64,000 bases of DNA from the human T2T-CHM13v2.0 reference genome, Homo sapiens: the NCBI RefSeq assembly GCF_009914755.1, contig NC_060943.1; one strand, 5' to 3'. The position numbers and the translations under genes are program-made. Positions 47,976-64,000 of the stretch are shown here, one piece after another. Within the stretch, counting starts at the first letter, position 1, and each line of letters starts with the position of its first letter. The notes under the pieces were generated by a model that was given only the letters and a program-made list of their open reading frames with translations, was not told where the DNA came from and made no database searches.

Positions 47976-49047
47976 ATTAGGAATATACTTAACCAATGAG
48001 GTAAAATGTCCCTACAAGGCAAACCACAAAACACTGCTGAAAAAAATCATACATAACACAAAAACACACCCCATGCTCATGGATGGGTAGAGTCAATATT
48101 GTAAAAATAACCATACTGCCAAAATCTGTATACAAATTTCATGCAATTTCCATCAAAATCTCATCATTATTATTCACAGAACTAGAAAAAACAATCCTAA
48201 AATTCATATGGAACCAAAAAAAAAAGCCCACATAGACAAAACAACACTAAGTAAAAAGAACAATCTGAAGGCATCATGTTACTTGATGTCAAATCATATG
48301 ACAAGGCTATAGTTACCAAAACAGCATGGTACTGGTAGAAAAACAGGCAGGTAGACCAATGGAACAGAATAGTGAACCCAGAAATAGAGCCAAATACTTA
48401 CAGCCAACTTTTTTGACAAAGTAAATAAGAACATAAAGTGGGAGAAAGGACACTCTATTCAACAAATGTTGCTGGGATAATTGGCAAGCCATATGTAGAA
48501 GAATAAAACTGGAAACTCATCTCTCACCTTATAAAAATTCAACTTAAGATGGATCAATCACTTAAATGTAAGGTCTGAAACTATAAAAATTGTAGAAGAT
48601 ACCATCAGAAAAATGATTCTAGACATCGGCTTAGGCAAAGGTTCATGACCAAGAACCTAACAGCAAATGCAACAAAAACAAAGATAAATCAATGGGCCTT
48701 AAACTAAAATGCACAAGTGGGAGAAAACTTTTATAAACTATTCATCTGACAAAGGAATAATATCCAGAATCTACAAGGAGCTCAAACAGTCAGCAATAAA
48801 ACTAATAATTCCATCAAAAAGTTGGCTAAGAACATGAATAGTCAATTCTAAGAAGATATACAGATGGCCAACAAACATGAAAAAATCCTCAATATCCCTA
48901 ATTATCAGGGAAATACAAGTTAAAACAATAAAGTGATACCACCTTCTGCAAGAATGACCATAATTAAAATATCAAAAAAATATTACATGTTCACATTGAT
49001 GTGGTGAAAAGGGAGCACTTCTACACTGCTGGTGGGAATGTAAACTA

Positions 49048-49093
49048 TTAGGCTCGTGCAAAAGTAATCACAGTTTTGCCATTAAAAGTAATG
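49048..49093. mobile_element. Half MADE1 (Hsmar1-derived MITE)
   Basis: TA|TTAGGCTCGTGCAAAAGTAATCACAGTTTTGCCATTAAAAGTAATG matches one mariner TIR plus spacer; second TIR missing. Confidence 0.75.
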
Positions 49094-49095
49094 AA

Positions 49096-49417
<322 letters not shown>

Positions 49418-49644
49418 TCACTTGCTACATGTGTTTCCTGTATGTGATACTGCAGTCTCTCTGCTGCTATAACATTTACATTTGGTCTCAGCAGACTCAA
49501 ACTGTCATTCCAAAGTATCCCATCATTTCTTTCACCACTTTATGTAATGCAGGGAAGAAACTAGGGTCTGGAAAGGCCCCTTGAAGCCAGAAATAAATAT
49601 GTACGTGCCAGTATTTTTCCCATCTTTTAAAAAAGAAACCAGGA

Positions 49645-50981
49645 CTCTCCCTCTCCCTCTCCCTCTCCCCACGGTCTCCCTCTCCCTCTCTTTCCACGGT
49701 CTCCCTCTGATGCCGAGCCGAAGCTGGACTGTACTGCCGCCATCTCAGCTCACTGCAACCTCCCTGCCTGATTCTCCTGCCTCAGCCTGCCGAGTGCCTG
49801 CGATTGCAGGCACGCGCCGCCACGCCTGACTGGTTTTCATATTTTTTTGGTGGAAACGGGGTTTCACTGTGTTGGCTGGGCTGGTCTCCAGCTCCTAACT
49901 GCAAGTGATCCGCCAGCCTCGGCCTCCCGAGGTGCCGGGATTGCAGACAGAGTCTCGTTAACTCAGTGCTCAATGGTGCCCAGGCTGGAGTGCAGTGGCA
50001 TGATCTCGGCTCACTACAACCTCCACCTCCCAGCCTCCTGCCTTGGCTTCCCAAAGTGCCGAGATTGCAGCCTCTGCCTGGCCGCCACCCCATCTGGGAA
50101 GTGAGGATCCTCTCTGCCCGGCCGCCCATCGTCTGGGATGTGAGGAGCCCCTCTGCCTGGCTGCCCAGTCTGGAAAGTGAGGAGCATCTCTGCCCGGCTG
50201 CCATCCCATCTAGGAAGTGAGGAGCGTCTCTGCCTGGCCGCCCATCGTCTGAGATGTGGGGAGCACCTCTGCCCCGCCGCCCCGTCTGGGATGTGAGGAG
50301 CGCCTCTGCCCGGCCGCGACCCCATCTGGGAGATGAGGAGCATCTCTGCCCGGCCCCCCCGTCTGAGAAGTGAGGAGACCCTCCGCCCGGCAGCTGCCCC
50401 GTCTGAGAAGTGAGGAGCCCCTCCGCCCGGCAGCCACCCTGTCTGGGAAGTGAGGATCGTCTCCGCCCGGCAGCCACCCCGTCCGGGAGGGAGGTGGGGG
50501 TCAGCCCCCGCCCAGCCAGCCGCCCCGTCCGGGAGGGAGGTGGGGGGTCAGCCTCCCCGCCCGGCCAGCCGCCCCATCTGGGAGGGAGGTGGGGGGGTCA
50601 GCTCCCCCGCCCGGCCAGCCGCCCCGTCTGGGAGGTGGGGGGCACCTCTGCCCGGCCGCCCCTACTGGGAAGTGAGGAGCCCCCTCTGCCCGGCCACCAC
50701 CCCGTCTGGGAGGTGTACCCAACAGCTCATTGAGAACGGGCCATGATGACAATGGCGGTTTTGTGGAATAGAAAAGGGGGAAAAGTGGGGAAAAGATTGA
50801 GAAATCGGATGGTTGCTGTGTCTGTGTAGAAAGAAGTAGACATGGGAGACTTTTCATTTTGTTCTGTACTAAGAAAAATTCTTCTGCCTTGGGATCCTGT
50901 TGATCTATGACCTTACCCCCAATCCTGTGCTCTCTGAAACATGTGCTGTGTCCACTCAGGGTTAAATGGAAAAAAAAAAAA
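49645..50981 (+). mobile_element. SVA (C/D-like), 3'-truncated within SINE-R
   Basis: Hexamer, Alu-like region, GC-rich VNTR; SINE-R stops at CAGGGTTAAATGGA then poly(A); TSD AAAAAAGAAACCAGGA (49629-49644, 50982-50997). Confidence 0.93.
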
Positions 50982-51009
50982 AAAAAAGAAACCAGGAGTT
51001 GGCAATTAC

Positions 51010-51305
<296 letters not shown>

Positions 51306-51565
51306 GCAATTTACTGCTAAAAAAGCTTTGTTATCTTAGGGATCAGGAAAAGCTGTGTTGCGTAACTGTAACACAATCTTTCTATGTGGCTCTTTACATT
51401 GTTTTTACCTGGGCATTGCACACAGTTAACCCATTTATAAATTTTCTGCAAGTGTATTTTGGTCAGTATGTTTTTGTTACATGTATATGTCTATAAAAGA
51501 ATTAGGGCCTGTGGTATTTTGCTGTGCCATCTTGCTTATGTAGTTTGTACAATTTTATAGGTTAG

Positions 51566-53860
<2,295 letters not shown>

Positions 53861-53865
53861 TGTAG

Positions 53866-54323
53866 TGTAGCAGGATGAGCCACAGACAAAACTCCTCAGA
53901 CACTGCGTTAAAGAAGGAAGGGGTTTATTCTGCAGGGGGTATTGGCAAGACTCCTGTCTCAAGAGCCGAGCTCCCTGAGTGAGCAATTCCTGTCCCTTTT
54001 AAGGGCTCACAACTCTAAGGGTGTGCACGTGAGAGGGTCATGATTGAGCAAGCAGGGGGTAGATGACTGGGGGCTGCATGCATCGGTAATTAGATCGGAA
54101 CAAAACAGGATAGGGATTTTCACAGTGCTTTTCTATACAATGTCTGTAATCTATAGATAACATAACTGATTAGGTCAGGGGTCAATCTTTAACTACCAGG
54201 CCCAGGGTGTGGCACCGAGCTGTCTGCTCGTGGATTTCATTTCTGCCTTTTAGTTTTTACTTTGTCTTTCTTTGGAGGCAGAAAGTGGGCTTAAAACAAT
54301 ATGAGGGGTGGTCTCCTCCCTTA
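53866..54323 (-). mobile_element. Solo LTR2B-like (HERV-E/Harlequin group)
   Basis: Minus strand starts TAAGGGAGGAGACCACCCCTCAT and ends CCTGCTACA; 4-bp TSD GTAG. Confidence 0.85.
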
Positions 54324-54327
54324 GTAG

Positions 54328-58550
<4,223 letters not shown>

Positions 58551-58804
58551 TTTGATACTATTTAGCCAAATCAATGACAAAGAGACAGTATTTTACACAC
58601 TGGTATTCTTCTGTAATATTTTTAAAATATCTTTTTAACTTGACAGATAAGCATATTTATTCTGTAAAACATGATGTTTTAAAGTATATATACATTGTTA
58701 AATGCTTAATTTTAGGTAATTAATGCTTCACCTCACATAGTTAAAATTTTTATGGTGAGACCACATTGACATTGTCTTAGCATTTTAAAAAAATATAATA
58801 AATT

Positions 58805-64000
<5,196 letters not shown>

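Noticed and set aside
49782-50857. Long GC-rich ORFs (up to 231 aa)
   Set aside because: Stop-poor SVA VNTR and Alu-like sequence

Overview
Human genomic DNA (an AluYb8, a human-specific subfamily, is present). Its architecture matches a ZNF91-subfamily KRAB zinc-finger cluster of the 19p12 type; the exact locus cannot be confirmed without alignment. 1-21.4 kb is a diverged beta-satellite-like (BSR) block. It contains a four-level nested insertion: satellite > AluS > HERV-K(HML-5)/LTR22 provirus > HERV-H/LTR7C provirus with a Phe-type PBS. 22-33.5 kb holds two head-to-head paralogous ZNF 5' ends. The minus copy keeps its promoter and exon 1 (MPGHPGSWEM|GT) but has no gene body in the window. 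The plus copy lacks exon 1 and carries an LTR10-like solo LTR and an HML-3 provirus whose 3' LTR contains a solo LTR13. 33.5-58.5 kb is the rest of a plus-strand ZNF pseudogene: no KRAB exons were found, and the C2H2 exon is frameshifted. That exon is interrupted by a full-length RPS27 retrocopy with an open ORF and by an LTR2B. The window also has two SVAs, L1 fragments, a half MADE1 and about 40 Alus. There is no intact host protein-coding gene, and I found no demonstrably new biological system. The best leads are the split promoter/gene-body ZNF pair, the nested ERVs, the RPS27 retrocopy and a PPT-copy substitution in HERV-H env. Repeat subfamily names come from recalled consensus features and need RepeatMasker/Dfam confirmation.
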